64,000 bases of DNA from Candidatus Cloacimonadales bacterium (GTDB lineage Bacteria; Cloacimonadota; Cloacimonadia; Cloacimonadales; JAIOQZ01). The notes beneath the pieces are model-generated. The model searched no databases and was not told the DNA's origin. It saw only the letters and a program-made list of their open reading frames with translations. The DNA lies in the NCBI GenBank assembly GCA_963665815.1, contig OY762463.1, positions 288,001 to 352,000 on the forward strand. Direction: 5' to 3'. The position numbers and the translations under genes were made by a program. Of this stretch, positions 38,765 through 48,588 are shown in pieces (positions within the stretch are counted from its first letter, which is position 1; each line of letters begins with the position of its first letter).

Positions 38765-40420
38765 CTATTTATTAAGTTCCTTAATTAACTGAGGATCCAT
38801 TTCAGAATTATCATCTTTTTTCCATCGATCATCAATTCTTGCTTTTACAGGTGAATTTTTACGAATATAATCAGCAATTACATCACGCATATTGTTCTCC
38901 AGACGTGTTATGTCTTCTTCAGGAACCTGCGTAAGGAGTGTAAGTCCTGCATTTCCCTGCATGAGAAAGTCAGTTGTGACAATAGTATAAATCTTGTCTT
39001 TATCCCAAGGCTCTCCACCGATAAGCAGTTTTGTCACCCTGTCAAAGTTTTTTCGTTTACGATTATACACAACGTTTACACCTGATACCCTCAAACCATG
39101 TCTTGAGCCTTCAACCCTTTTCTCGATGATTCTCTTGAGAAACTCACCGGAAGCTTTGAAGACAACAAGCTGGTTATCGAATGGCTGAACATTGAACACT
39201 TCTCTATAGGTTATAGGACCCAGATCGATTTCATCTCTGATTCCTCCAAGGTTAAGGAATGAGAAATCTGCATTGGTTGCTTCACGCATTACATCAACAA
39301 TAAAATTACCAATTACACTTTGAGCACCTGTACCGGATTTAGAAAGAAATACAGATGTTTCACCAATGACTTCATCCATACCTTTTTCGGCCTTTTTTCT
39401 TCTTTCTTCAATAAATCCATACATATCTTTATCAGGAATTATCTGGTCTTCAAACAAGGTTACAAGAATGCCCTTTTCAGTCGGAGCTTCCCAACCGGAA
39501 AGCTGTTTGGTTTCTTTATCTATTTTGATAAGAATATGTCCGAGACTGCTTCCATAAGCATATCCCTGAATACATAGAGTATGAGTTACAGGATCTTCCC
39601 AGGGCTCATCAAAACCTTTATGCATGTGTCCACCGATAATCAGGTCAATACCATCAACCTCATGAGCGAGTTCCTGAGAATCAAGTCCCCAACGGTACTC
39701 TCTTTCACGCTTTTTGTCACCATATCTGTAGTCATATGTAGGCTGCGGTGTGTAGGGGAGACCCATGTGACCGGCAACAATAACAATATCGGCACCTTCA
39801 TCTTTTACGATCTTGATATATTTTTCCACAGCAGGTTTTACCGGAGTGAAGTCTATATTCTTTATATGTTCAGGGAAACTCATCATTTCTGTATCTGTTG
39901 TTGTAACACCGATAATACCAATTTTAACTCCCATTTTTTCAACCATTAAATATGGTTGAACATAGTCTACGAGTTTTCCTGTTTTCTTATTTATAATGTT
40001 GCAGGCAAGAATAGGAATTTTGGAATGTTCATATGTTTTTATCAGCTCATCTTCACCAATATCATATTCGTGATTACCAACAACAGTCAGATCATAACCA
40101 ATCTTATTCATGTATTCCATAACAGATACACCTTTAGAAACAGTTCCAATAGGGTGTCCCTGAAAGAAATCTCCAACATCAATAAGCAGGTTATCTCTTT
40201 GTTCTCCTGATTTCTCTCTGACTTCTTTGATATATGTTGCAGCTACTGCACCTCCACCAAGCATAGGAGGAAATTCCGGATTCATGAATGTTGCAGGATA
40301 TCTGTCAATACCACCATGGATATCGTTTGAGAACATTATATCAAGTATTAAATCTTCAGCTGTCAGATATGACAGAAGGAAGAGAATTGCTGTAATTAAA
40401 AGTATTTTCTTTGAGATCAT
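38765..40420 (-). CDS. exported 5'-nucleotidase / UDP-sugar hydrolase (UshA family)
   Basis: NDIHG, DVGDFFQG, GNHEYD, GHMG, GGHMH, NLGGIR, PFDN. Confidence 0.92.
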   Translation of the reverse strand: MISKKILLITAILFLLSYLTAEDLILDIMFSNDIHGGIDRYPATFMNPEFPPMLGGGAVAATYIKEVREKSGEQRDNLLIDVGDFFQGHPIGTVSKGVSVMEYMNKIGYDLTVVGNHEYDIGEDELIKTYEHSKIPILACNIINKKTGKLVDYVQPYLMVEKMGVKIGIIGVTTTDTEMMSFPEHIKNIDFTPVKPAVEKYIKIVKDEGADIVIVAGHMGLPYTPQPTYDYRYGDKKREREYRWGLDSQELAHEVDGIDLIIGGHMHKGFDEPWEDPVTHTLCIQGYAYGSSLGHILIKIDKETKQLSGWEAPTEKGILVTLFEDQIIPDKDMYGFIEERRKKAEKGMDEVIGETSVFLSKSGTGAQSVIGNFIVDVMREATNADFSFLNLGGIRDEIDLGPITYREVFNVQPFDNQLVVFKASGEFLKRIIEKRVEGSRHGLRVSGVNVVYNRKRKNFDRVTKLLIGGEPWDKDKIYTIVTTDFLMQGNAGLTLLTQVPEEDITRLENNMRDVIADYIRKNSPVKARIDDRWKKDDNSEMDPQLIKELNK

Positions 40421-40429
40421 ATTACCTCA

Positions 40430-41761
40430 TTACCAATGGAAGGATAAACCTGAGTATAACAGCAGAGTTGACTCTTCCACTTCTTCGTTTTCATTATGAT
40501 TAACTTTTGCTGTTCTCCAGAATTTAGATTCTTCATAAGCGTTTGTATACTGAAGATCATCATAATATCTGTCTTCAAACAAGTCTTCCTGTTTGTAGAG
40601 TCTGTTTGTATAAATCGCCGAAATATCCATTGTAAGGTTATCAATAATTTCGAAACCTGTTCCAACGGTGATTGTCTGGTGAATAAGTGATTTGTCTTTT
40701 GGAGAATGTTCATACCTGAAACCGCATCTTAAAGGAATACGGTTTTCAATTTTATGCTCCATACCAACGTAATAGCTTAATACATCTTCGTAACTGTCAT
40801 ATACATCAGACCAGTTTGTCAGTTCCATTTCAAAGTTGAAGAAAGTTCTGAACTCGTTCCTTGGCATGAATGTTGTACCAAATCTGATACTGGAAGGAAG
40901 TGTGAAATCTGTTGTGGTTTCTTCAAGACCAGCTATTGTAACATCGCAATCTACATCTGTCTCAGGCTTAAAACTGAAACCAAGATTGATTCTTTCATTC
41001 ACATCAATTACTGCTCCGAAGTTTAATTGTGTACCTGAGAACTCACGTTTTTCAGTTTGATAATAATCCGGAAGCTGGAAGTAAGCAGCTACGGAATCTC
41101 TTGCTCTTTGTGTCCATGTTATAGATTTTGTATATTCATGTTCCCCGGTAAGGAATGATACTGTTACCCCAATAGAAGCTTTATCAATAAAATCCATACC
41201 ATATATGTTGTTGAACTTCGTGGCAAATGTTATGTCAAAAGCATTAAGAGCACCTTCATTTTCAATCTTGTTTTTTGCAACAACAAAAGGATACATTTCA
41301 AAATCTGAGTCACCATCAGTTCTGACATCTTCTGAGTAGTCAGAATTGAAGTCTATTGCAGGTCTGTAAGCGATACCGACAGAGTATTGGTTTTCGCCTG
41401 CTTTATATGAATAACCGGCAGCTGCAGCAAAGTTAGAATAGAAGTTTTGCTCCTGATTATAAACAGCATCTCCTACTTTTGAATCAAAATAGTTATAAGC
41501 AGGTATTTTCCTGTCTTCTTTATGATAAGAAGAAAGATTTACCAGTTGAAAGCTGAATTTATTGTCAGGCAGTGAGAGGGTTGCAGGGTTTATGGTTGCA
41601 TCGAGTCCGTTTACGGAATACGCAACCCCTGTTGATCCCATACCTGCGGATCTTGGGTTTACAGTATCAATTCTATTTCCGATGTTATCGCTGTCATAGA
41701 GCGAAAACGAGAATAGAGATGTACAGATTATCAGAAAAAGCATTATATTAATATATTTCAT
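40430..41761 (-). CDS. outer-membrane beta-barrel (FadL/PorV-like)
   Basis: Signal peptide; RSAGMG...NPATL N-terminal motif; terminal aromatic residue. Confidence 0.7.
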   Translation of the reverse strand: MKYINIMLFLIICTSLFSFSLYDSDNIGNRIDTVNPRSAGMGSTGVAYSVNGLDATINPATLSLPDNKFSFQLVNLSSYHKEDRKIPAYNYFDSKVGDAVYNQEQNFYSNFAAAAGYSYKAGENQYSVGIAYRPAIDFNSDYSEDVRTDGDSDFEMYPFVVAKNKIENEGALNAFDITFATKFNNIYGMDFIDKASIGVTVSFLTGEHEYTKSITWTQRARDSVAAYFQLPDYYQTEKREFSGTQLNFGAVIDVNERINLGFSFKPETDVDCDVTIAGLEETTTDFTLPSSIRFGTTFMPRNEFRTFFNFEMELTNWSDVYDSYEDVLSYYVGMEHKIENRIPLRCGFRYEHSPKDKSLIHQTITVGTGFEIIDNLTMDISAIYTNRLYKQEDLFEDRYYDDLQYTNAYEESKFWRTAKVNHNENEEVEESTLLLYSGLSFHW

Positions 41762-41771
41762 TCATCCTCCG

Positions 41772-44333
41772 TTAAAATTTCCAGTCTAACTGAACGAATA
41801 CTGATCTTTCAGTTACTTTTAATTCACCACCGTTAGCTGAAGATTCAAGCTCTTCGTTGGTCCAGGTTCTTAAGTCAAGTACCTGTGTTTTATATGATTT
41901 TATTTTATATTTAAGTTTTACATAAAGATTGTTGGATATTCTGTCATGGAGAGTAATCCAGTACTTTGTACCACCTTCACCCATGAAGTCAATTTCCATA
42001 TCTTCATAATCCCAGTGACTGATACCGTTTCCATCCCACATTACGAATGAACCCTGAACTTTCAGGTCATCGTTGAAGTTGTGAATGTAATCTACAAGAA
42101 CATAGTCACCGCGCATCAGAACATTACCGGATACTCTTGTGTTTTGTCCATCAGGGTCAGCATTATTGAAAAGGTAGTTATATGGAGGCATGTGAACCTG
42201 ATTGTATCTGTATTCTACAGAAAGTTGATCGTATCTGGAAAGATTAGCTGTGACTTTCATTGTAATTTCGTCTGTTGTAGATTTGGATCTGTCAGCATCA
42301 TTATTGTGACGGTTAACCTGATGCTTGTACTTCAATCTGTACCTGAGTGGGTGAGAAGGTCTATATTCAAGTTCTCCCTGGAATCTCATGGATTTTCTTA
42401 AATCAGATTTTCTTTCCCATACATCAATATAAGCATGATTAAGAGTCAGTGATTTGGTGAATTTATATCTTGTCTGGAAGAAGAAACCTCTTTCCGCCTG
42501 AGGTTGTACAGAGTTCTCATACAGATCCTGAAGCTCAGGATTTGTCAGAATGTGTGAGTATTTATCAAACACTGTGTCATCGAATTTCTGGTGCTCGGAA
42601 AAACCTCTGTTATAAGGATTATCGTAACCCAGATCGTAGTCTCTGTACATCATGAGGAAATTAAGGTTTTCATACTGAGTATAAATTGATGAAACAATAG
42701 CTTTAGGATCATCAGCAATTTTTAAGAATTTACCGTCTTTCTCCATTTCAGCATATTCACCCTGAAATGCTACATTATTAATAACAGTTCTCCAGTCGAA
42801 TCCGTAAACTCTTCTGTAGTTTCTGCTGTAGTCATCTGTTTTTGTTGAATAAAGTGACTGAATCTCTGCATCGGTAGACTTAATTTTTTCCTTGTCTGCT
42901 TCAGATATAATAATACTGTTAAAAAGGATGTCAGGATCTTCTGCCACATAGAAATGTCTGTCATACAGCATTTCGTAACCGGATAATCCGATAGAAGAAC
43001 CAACCATAGGCTCAAACTCTACATGATAACCAAGTACTTTTTCTTCGAGGGCATCTTTAACAGGAGCAAGTTTATATCCGCTTGAATTTGATTCTGTATC
43101 ATAGTCAGATCTGACTGTTGATGATATGTATGTAAGAACCATATCTTTATTGTTCTTGGAATTTCCGTCATCACCACCGAAGAGACTGTCTGCATTGCTG
43201 TCATAGAGTACAGCGTCTTTTTTATCGATGGAACCGAAAATAACAACATTTGTGTTTTTACGTTTCCATTCAACAGCAGCACCGCGAAGAGCATATTCCT
43301 GATTCTTGGAAATATCACCAATAACACCTTTAACACGATTGCTGAATCCCATACCTGTGTTTCTGGAACGGTATTCATCTGTGTTATCCATTACAAGTCC
43401 CTGACCGAATGCAACATGATAATTACCTGCATATATATTAACAAAATTAACATCGTTATTGATCTTATATTTTGCCTGATTACTAACAAAGAATTTGATG
43501 TCATTCCAGTGTTCGTCGGAGTCTTTATCAAAAATAGATTCTTCCATTTTCTTTTTCCAGACTGCAATTCCACCATTCCAGCTTTTTCCGTATCTGAATC
43601 TCATTTTGTTAGCGACTTCAGGGGAATAGTCAGCGACTCTTTTAGAAACAGAGACAATTGTTTCACCAGAATCTTCAGAGCTGTTATCTTCCTCTTCTTC
43701 ACTGTCAAAAGGTTTATCCGCATACTGGAATTGATAGTCGAACGAGAATTTCTTATCAATTGTTGAAGGTTTGTAACGTACATAGTCTCTCATGTTCCTG
43801 GCTCCAAAATAGGAAATTCCGTCAGATTTTCTGAGATCTCTGTAGTCTTTCACATAATCCTCATTTCTCGTTCTCTTGATTACAGCATATGCATCAATTG
43901 GAGTTACTCCGGGAAGATTCATAATGTCCTGCATGAACAATTCATTGATATTTCTCTGATTCATAAGGTAATCCAGATAGAAGTCAGACATTGAACTTTC
44001 TTCGGAGTTAAGCCTTTCAAGCTTGTAAGCAAGATCTTCTCTTCTCTGCTCAGTGTCAGACAGTCCCTTGAAATGGGAAATTATAACGTAGTCTTTCAGT
44101 TTCAGCATTGTTTTCTGATCAATTGATTCGATCTTTCTCAAATCAAAGATGCTTTCAAAAAATGCTATGTAAGTTCTGTAATCGTAAATATCTTTTGCCT
44201 GTTGTTCCGTTATGGGCAGATGTTTTATCTGCTCAAAGCTTGCTATGTTTAAATCAATTTTTTCTATTGATTCAGCGGCAAACAGAGGTAACAGAAGACA
44301 AAAGAACATCGTTGCTAAAAAAAGTTTCTTCAT
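41772..44333 (-). CDS. ComEA-like helix-hairpin-helix protein fused to an outer-membrane barrel
   Basis: Signal peptide from ATG 44333; IDLNIASFEQI..LP...A..I..YR; second HhH LPGVTPIDA; GNY...FGQGLV; terminal LDWKF. Confidence 0.75.
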   Translation of the reverse strand: MKKLFLATMFFCLLLPLFAAESIEKIDLNIASFEQIKHLPITEQQAKDIYDYRTYIAFFESIFDLRKIESIDQKTMLKLKDYVIISHFKGLSDTEQRREDLAYKLERLNSEESSMSDFYLDYLMNQRNINELFMQDIMNLPGVTPIDAYAVIKRTRNEDYVKDYRDLRKSDGISYFGARNMRDYVRYKPSTIDKKFSFDYQFQYADKPFDSEEEEDNSSEDSGETIVSVSKRVADYSPEVANKMRFRYGKSWNGGIAVWKKKMEESIFDKDSDEHWNDIKFFVSNQAKYKINNDVNFVNIYAGNYHVAFGQGLVMDNTDEYRSRNTGMGFSNRVKGVIGDISKNQEYALRGAAVEWKRKNTNVVIFGSIDKKDAVLYDSNADSLFGGDDGNSKNNKDMVLTYISSTVRSDYDTESNSSGYKLAPVKDALEEKVLGYHVEFEPMVGSSIGLSGYEMLYDRHFYVAEDPDILFNSIIISEADKEKIKSTDAEIQSLYSTKTDDYSRNYRRVYGFDWRTVINNVAFQGEYAEMEKDGKFLKIADDPKAIVSSIYTQYENLNFLMMYRDYDLGYDNPYNRGFSEHQKFDDTVFDKYSHILTNPELQDLYENSVQPQAERGFFFQTRYKFTKSLTLNHAYIDVWERKSDLRKSMRFQGELEYRPSHPLRYRLKYKHQVNRHNNDADRSKSTTDEITMKVTANLSRYDQLSVEYRYNQVHMPPYNYLFNNADPDGQNTRVSGNVLMRGDYVLVDYIHNFNDDLKVQGSFVMWDGNGISHWDYEDMEIDFMGEGGTKYWITLHDRISNNLYVKLKYKIKSYKTQVLDLRTWTNEELESSANGGELKVTERSVFVQLDWKF

Positions 44334-44651
44334 ATAACCTTTCCAATATTTTTTCAACTCAAACAATGATAATAAGAATTTACTTGTAAAGATATTCTTA
44401 AAAAAAATAGTACTCCGGTAAATATCTGAGAGCTTTGCATAATAGTAAATCAAGCTGCTTTAGTATTATGAATCAAAATAAAATACATTAGGTGATATTT
44501 TTGAGTTCATCAGGAATACTTCTTTGGAAAGCTTATTTTGAGTCGGGATTTGATTTAAAAAAGGAGGATTCCAATTTGACACAACAATTTTCTTGACCAT
44601 TTACCGCGAATGAGCTCAATTTTGCCATATTAATGGAGTAAGGAGGAAGGA

Positions 44652-44831
44652 TTGTTCGTAGGCACTAACTCTTTGAATTTTCAGGGAGACCATTATTATC
44701 CGTTCAGTATGGGGATACCGGGACTTTGCTACCAGTATATGAATTGTAAGTTTATTGGTGAAAACAGAGAAATTATTGACGAAATGGATCTTGACTGGAT
44801 ATATTGGGGAAAACGGTTCCTTGAAAAGTAA
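44652..44831 (+). pseudogene. Rhs core-tail fragment (unit 0)
   Basis: DHYYPFSMGIPG...REIIDEMDLDWIYWGKRFL, then a stop and the structured element. Confidence 0.8.
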
Positions 44832-44832
44832 T

Positions 44833-44910
44833 GTGCCTCCTATGATTCTCGGATTACATCCTACGAATTTCGGAGGTGAGACTCTCGGGCTTAGTCCTAC
44901 GAGCTCATAG
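44833..44910 (+). repeat. structured insertion element, long form (copy A)
   Basis: gcctcc-tat-gattc-tc-ggat-tac-atcc-tac-gaatt-tc-ggaggt + gagactc-tc-gggc-tta-gtcc-tac-gagctc; replaces DPQIG...NFVE of the Rhs tail. Confidence 0.75.
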
Positions 44911-45873
44911 CTTGACGGAGCAGAGTCCGCATATAACTACTATGTGCAGATGATACGCATAAAAGCTCAGTTAGTTAAACGGAGAATGGAATATGAGATT
45001 AGACTTGCAGAAGATCTTGCTAAATCACATATACCCATGTACTGTTGTCAAACCGGTCCTATGTTGGGTTGGTTTGAGGACATGGATGATGCAAGTGAGA
45101 AAGCGGAACAGGTAGCAGATGAGGATAGAACTACAGTAGATGGCTCAACAAGTGTTGATGGTCCGGCAACTCCGCCAACTGAACCTGCTGTTCCAGCTCA
45201 GGAAGATCCACCAGGAGAACCATATAATACAAGAGATACAGAGGGCAAATCTGAACTTGTAAGAAGTGAGATGATAATTGACCAGGAAGCAACTGAAGGA
45301 AGTGATAAAAATTATAAAGCACTATGTAAAGCCTCTAACGCTACCTATAAGTTCTTAAATGAAACTAGATTTATTTCATTGGGATATCATCCATCTGATA
45401 AATTATTTGGGCTAGTGAATGGAACAAAGTATGATATAAATAATGGTTTTATATCAAGGAATATTTATGTTAGAGGAAAAAGAACTAATGTAGTTTTGTG
45501 GGATCATAATTCTACATATGGAAAAGAAGAGAAAGTTAGTATATTTGGCAATATACCTCTTATCGGCAGATTATTCAGTAAAACTCATACTGCTTATTTT
45601 ACGCCATATCATACGTTTCAGCATGAAACATATCACGTGAAGCAGAAAGCTTCACTGGGTGCGTTTTACCATTTTAGAGGAAGAACACTAAACGAATTTT
45701 TCTGTATGAAAGCAGTAAAATATTCTAAACTAACAATGATACTTAACTTAGACGATTCGAAGTTTGAAAATATAATGCAGAACAATGACAATGCAATTTA
45801 TCATAATTTTAGGCAATCATACGGGAACACTGATTTCATATATGATAGTGATCTCTATGGAGTCCCTAAATAA
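44911..45873 (+). CDS. orphan Rhs C-terminal domain 1, putative HExxH metallopeptidase toxin
   Basis: Begins LDGAESAY at the Rhs junction and contains HETYHVKQ. No clear RBS for GTG 44944. Confidence 0.65.
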   Translation, partial: LDGAESAYNYYVQMIRIKAQLVKRRMEYEIRLAEDLAKSHIPMYCCQTGPMLGWFEDMDDASEKAEQVADEDRTTVDGSTSVDGPATPPTEPAVPAQEDPPGEPYNTRDTEGKSELVRSEMIIDQEATEGSDKNYKALCKASNATYKFLNETRFISLGYHPSDKLFGLVNGTKYDINNGFISRNIYVRGKRTNVVLWDHNSTYGKEEKVSIFGNIPLIGRLFSKTHTAYFTPYHTFQHETYHVKQKASLGAFYHFRGRTLNEFFCMKAVKYSKLTMILNLDDSKFENIMQNNDNAIYHNFRQSYGNTDFIYDSDLYGVPK

Positions 45874-45884
45874 GGTAGGTTATT

Positions 45885-47114
45885 ATGAAAGTATATTTGA
45901 TTTTTTACCTAGTTCTATTTTCTACAATACTCTTCTCAATTGAAGAAAGCACTACATGCAAAAATACTGTTAATATAATGAAATCGAAGAATTTCCCCGA
46001 TGAAATTTACGTTAGAACCTTTACAATTGATAGATTTGGCAACATAATTTTGATCACATCAAATAGAAACCAGAAAACAAAAATTAATATGTTCAATATG
46101 ATAAAGCTGAATAGTAAACTTGAGAAAATATGGGAAGTTCAACTCAATATCAATGGCGTTGTTCAGAAAATAACCACTGATAAAATGAATGATATTGTAA
46201 TTGTAAGTGAATACTTCTCATTTGAAAAAAGTATTTCATCTATCAGTAAGTACAATCAGGATGGTGAATTAATATGGACAACTACACCGAGGACAAAAAA
46301 CGAGTTTGCGATTAGGGATATTGATTTTGATGAATCAAATAATATTTATATTGTTGGATATCATAGTGGATATGTGCGGATTGGATTAGAAATTATGAAT
46401 ACGTTTTTACCTTCCTTCAGAGATGGTATTATTGCGAAATTAACATCTGATGGTGATTGGGTTAAATGTAAAGATACTGATTTTTCGTACAGTGATTATA
46501 TCAGTAACATAGAAATCATTGGTGAGACAATATATACATGGGGAGGGTTTGAGAGTTGGAGTGGAATTCTCAAATCTTTTTTCAGTGAAATAGAAGCTGA
46601 ATATAATCAAAAGTATTATATTGCAAAATATAGCACTAACTTGAAGAAACAGCTTGAGTTTCGGTTAAATGATGAAAGCAGTGCAATCTTAGGCCCTGAA
46701 TTTCCCATTGGATCTTATGTGTTAACTTCAAAGTATAACAAAAACTTTATTGCTCTAGATTATATTGACTACTCATCTACACGTTATAATGCAAATTCCC
46801 AATTAAATGTTGATGTAATGATTATAGATTCCAACCTGAAAGTATTATACTCCGTTTTTGAAATTAAGTCTTTTAAAAACCAGTCGATAGAATCTTTTCA
46901 GAGCTGCATATACAGGTCTGTTAATAGATCAAAGTCTTGTATATATGATTTTTCTAATCAAACAATGTATATTATCAAGCCAGAAGAAAATGAATGGATT
47001 GAACACGGTTTAATTGATAATGATCTGTTATATCTTCTTAAAGGAAAAAAAAATGAAAACTCAAAAAATAACTTTTACACTTTGGATATTCTCAAAATAG
47101 ATAAATCTGAATAA
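45885..47114 (+). CDS. exported beta-propeller protein, candidate immunity 1
   Basis: Signal peptide; SBBP-like DFDESNNIYIVGY and DGIIAKL...G.W; directly follows CT1. Confidence 0.6.
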   Translation: MKVYLIFYLVLFSTILFSIEESTTCKNTVNIMKSKNFPDEIYVRTFTIDRFGNIILITSNRNQKTKINMFNMIKLNSKLEKIWEVQLNINGVVQKITTDKMNDIVIVSEYFSFEKSISSISKYNQDGELIWTTTPRTKNEFAIRDIDFDESNNIYIVGYHSGYVRIGLEIMNTFLPSFRDGIIAKLTSDGDWVKCKDTDFSYSDYISNIEIIGETIYTWGGFESWSGILKSFFSEIEAEYNQKYYIAKYSTNLKKQLEFRLNDESSAILGPEFPIGSYVLTSKYNKNFIALDYIDYSSTRYNANSQLNVDVMIIDSNLKVLYSVFEIKSFKNQSIESFQSCIYRSVNRSKSCIYDFSNQTMYIIKPEENEWIEHGLIDNDLLYLLKGKKNENSKNNFYTLDILKIDKSE

Positions 47115-47122
47115 GAATTTAC

Positions 47123-47342
47123 AGCCTGCCTCGTGCAGGCTTTTCTTTCTCATAACTCAAAAGACAGAGAAGAAATTGACGAAATGGATCTTGACTGGAT
47201 ATATTGGCAAAAACGGTTCCTTGACCCGTAAATAGGTTTTGGGAGACTCTCGCCTAAGGCTCCGAGCTCTTTGTTGGCATTCTCTTGATCCGGCAGAGCA
47301 GTTTGACAGTCCGTATGTATATTGCGGTAACAATCCTGCAAA
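47123..47342 (+). repeat. cassette boundary: hairpin + Rhs core-tail repeat (unit 1), with stop and insertion
   Basis: agcctgc-ctcgt-gcaggct-tttc, then EIDEMDLDWIYWQKRFLDP*IG-[37 nt]-WHSLDPAEQFDSPYVYCGNNPA. Confidence 0.9.
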
Positions 47343-47350
47343 TAAACAAG

Positions 47351-47429
47351 GTGTCTCCTATGGTCTTCGAACATAAGTTCTACAGACTTCAGAGACGAGA
47401 CTCTCGGACTTAGTCCTGCGAGCTCATAG
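47351..47429 (+). repeat. structured insertion element, long form (copy B)
   Basis: gtctcc-tat-ggtct-tc-gaac-ataa-gttc-tac-agact-tc-agagac + gagactc-tc-ggac-tta-gtcc-tgc-gagctc. Confidence 0.75.
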
Positions 47430-48577
47430 CTTGACGGAGCAGAGTCCGCATATAACTACTATGTGCAGATGATACGCATAAAAGCTCAGTTGGTTTTACA
47501 GAGAATGGAATATGAGATTAGACTTGCAGAAGATCTTGCTAAATCACATATACCCATGTACTGTTGTCAAACCGGTCCTATGTTGGGTTGGTTTGAGGAC
47601 ATGGATGATGCAAGTGAGAAAGCGGAACAGGTAGCAGATGAGGATGGATCTACAGTATATGGCTCAACAAGTGTTGATGATCCGGCAACTCCGCCAACTG
47701 AACCTGATATGCCAGCTCAAGAAGGACCACCGGGAGAACCATACAACACAAATGAAATTGAAGAAGGTAGTCATAAAATAGATCATAGATCAATCACGGT
47801 TGACTCTGAAGCAACTGAGTACGTTCAGTCACAAGTAAAAGAAAAACTTGATGGTAAGACAAGGTCTGATGGTGAACCTATTGAATTGGGAGCAAATGGT
47901 TTGAATATCGATAATATAGTTGTGTTGAAACATAATGATTTTGATAATCCTGCCGATTTTAATGATACTTTGGTGGAGCAAATAGTTTTAACAGCAACTG
48001 AAGGAAGTGATAAAAATTATAAAGCACTATGTAAAGCCTCTAACGCTACCTATAAGTTCTTAAATGAAACTAGATTTATTTCATTGGGATATCATCCATC
48101 TGATAAATTATTTGGGCTAGTGAATGGAACAAAGTATGATATAAACAATGGTTTTATATCAAGGAATACTTATGTTAGAGGAAAAAGAACTAATGTAGTT
48201 TTGTGGGATCATAATACTACATATGGAAAAGAAGAGAAAGTTAGTATATTTGGCAATATACCTCTTATCGGCAGATTATTCAGTAAAACTCATACTGCTT
48301 ATTTTACGCCATATCATACGTTTCAGCATGAAACATATCACGTGAAGCAGAAAGCTTCACTGGGTGCGTTTTACCATTTTAGAGGAAGAACACTAAACGA
48401 ATTTTTCTGTATGAAAGCAGTAAAATATTCTAAACTAACAATGATACTTAACTTAGACGATTCGAAGTTTGAAAATATAATGCAGAACAATGACAATGCA
48501 ATTTATCATAATTTTAGGCATCATACGGGAACACTGATTTCATATATGATAGTGATCTCTATGGAGTCCCTAAATAA
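47430..48577 (+). pseudogene. orphan Rhs C-terminal domain 2 (paralog of CT1), 1-nt deletion near 3' end
   Basis: Same HETYH domain. aggcatcatac here versus aggcaatcatac in CT1 shifts the frame, so the ORF runs to 48647. Confidence 0.7.
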
Positions 48578-48588
48578 GGTAGGTTATT

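Noticed and set aside
44334-44453. N-terminal extension of the 893-aa ORF
   Set aside because: The signal peptide begins at ATG 44333, so the upstream codons are probably not translated.
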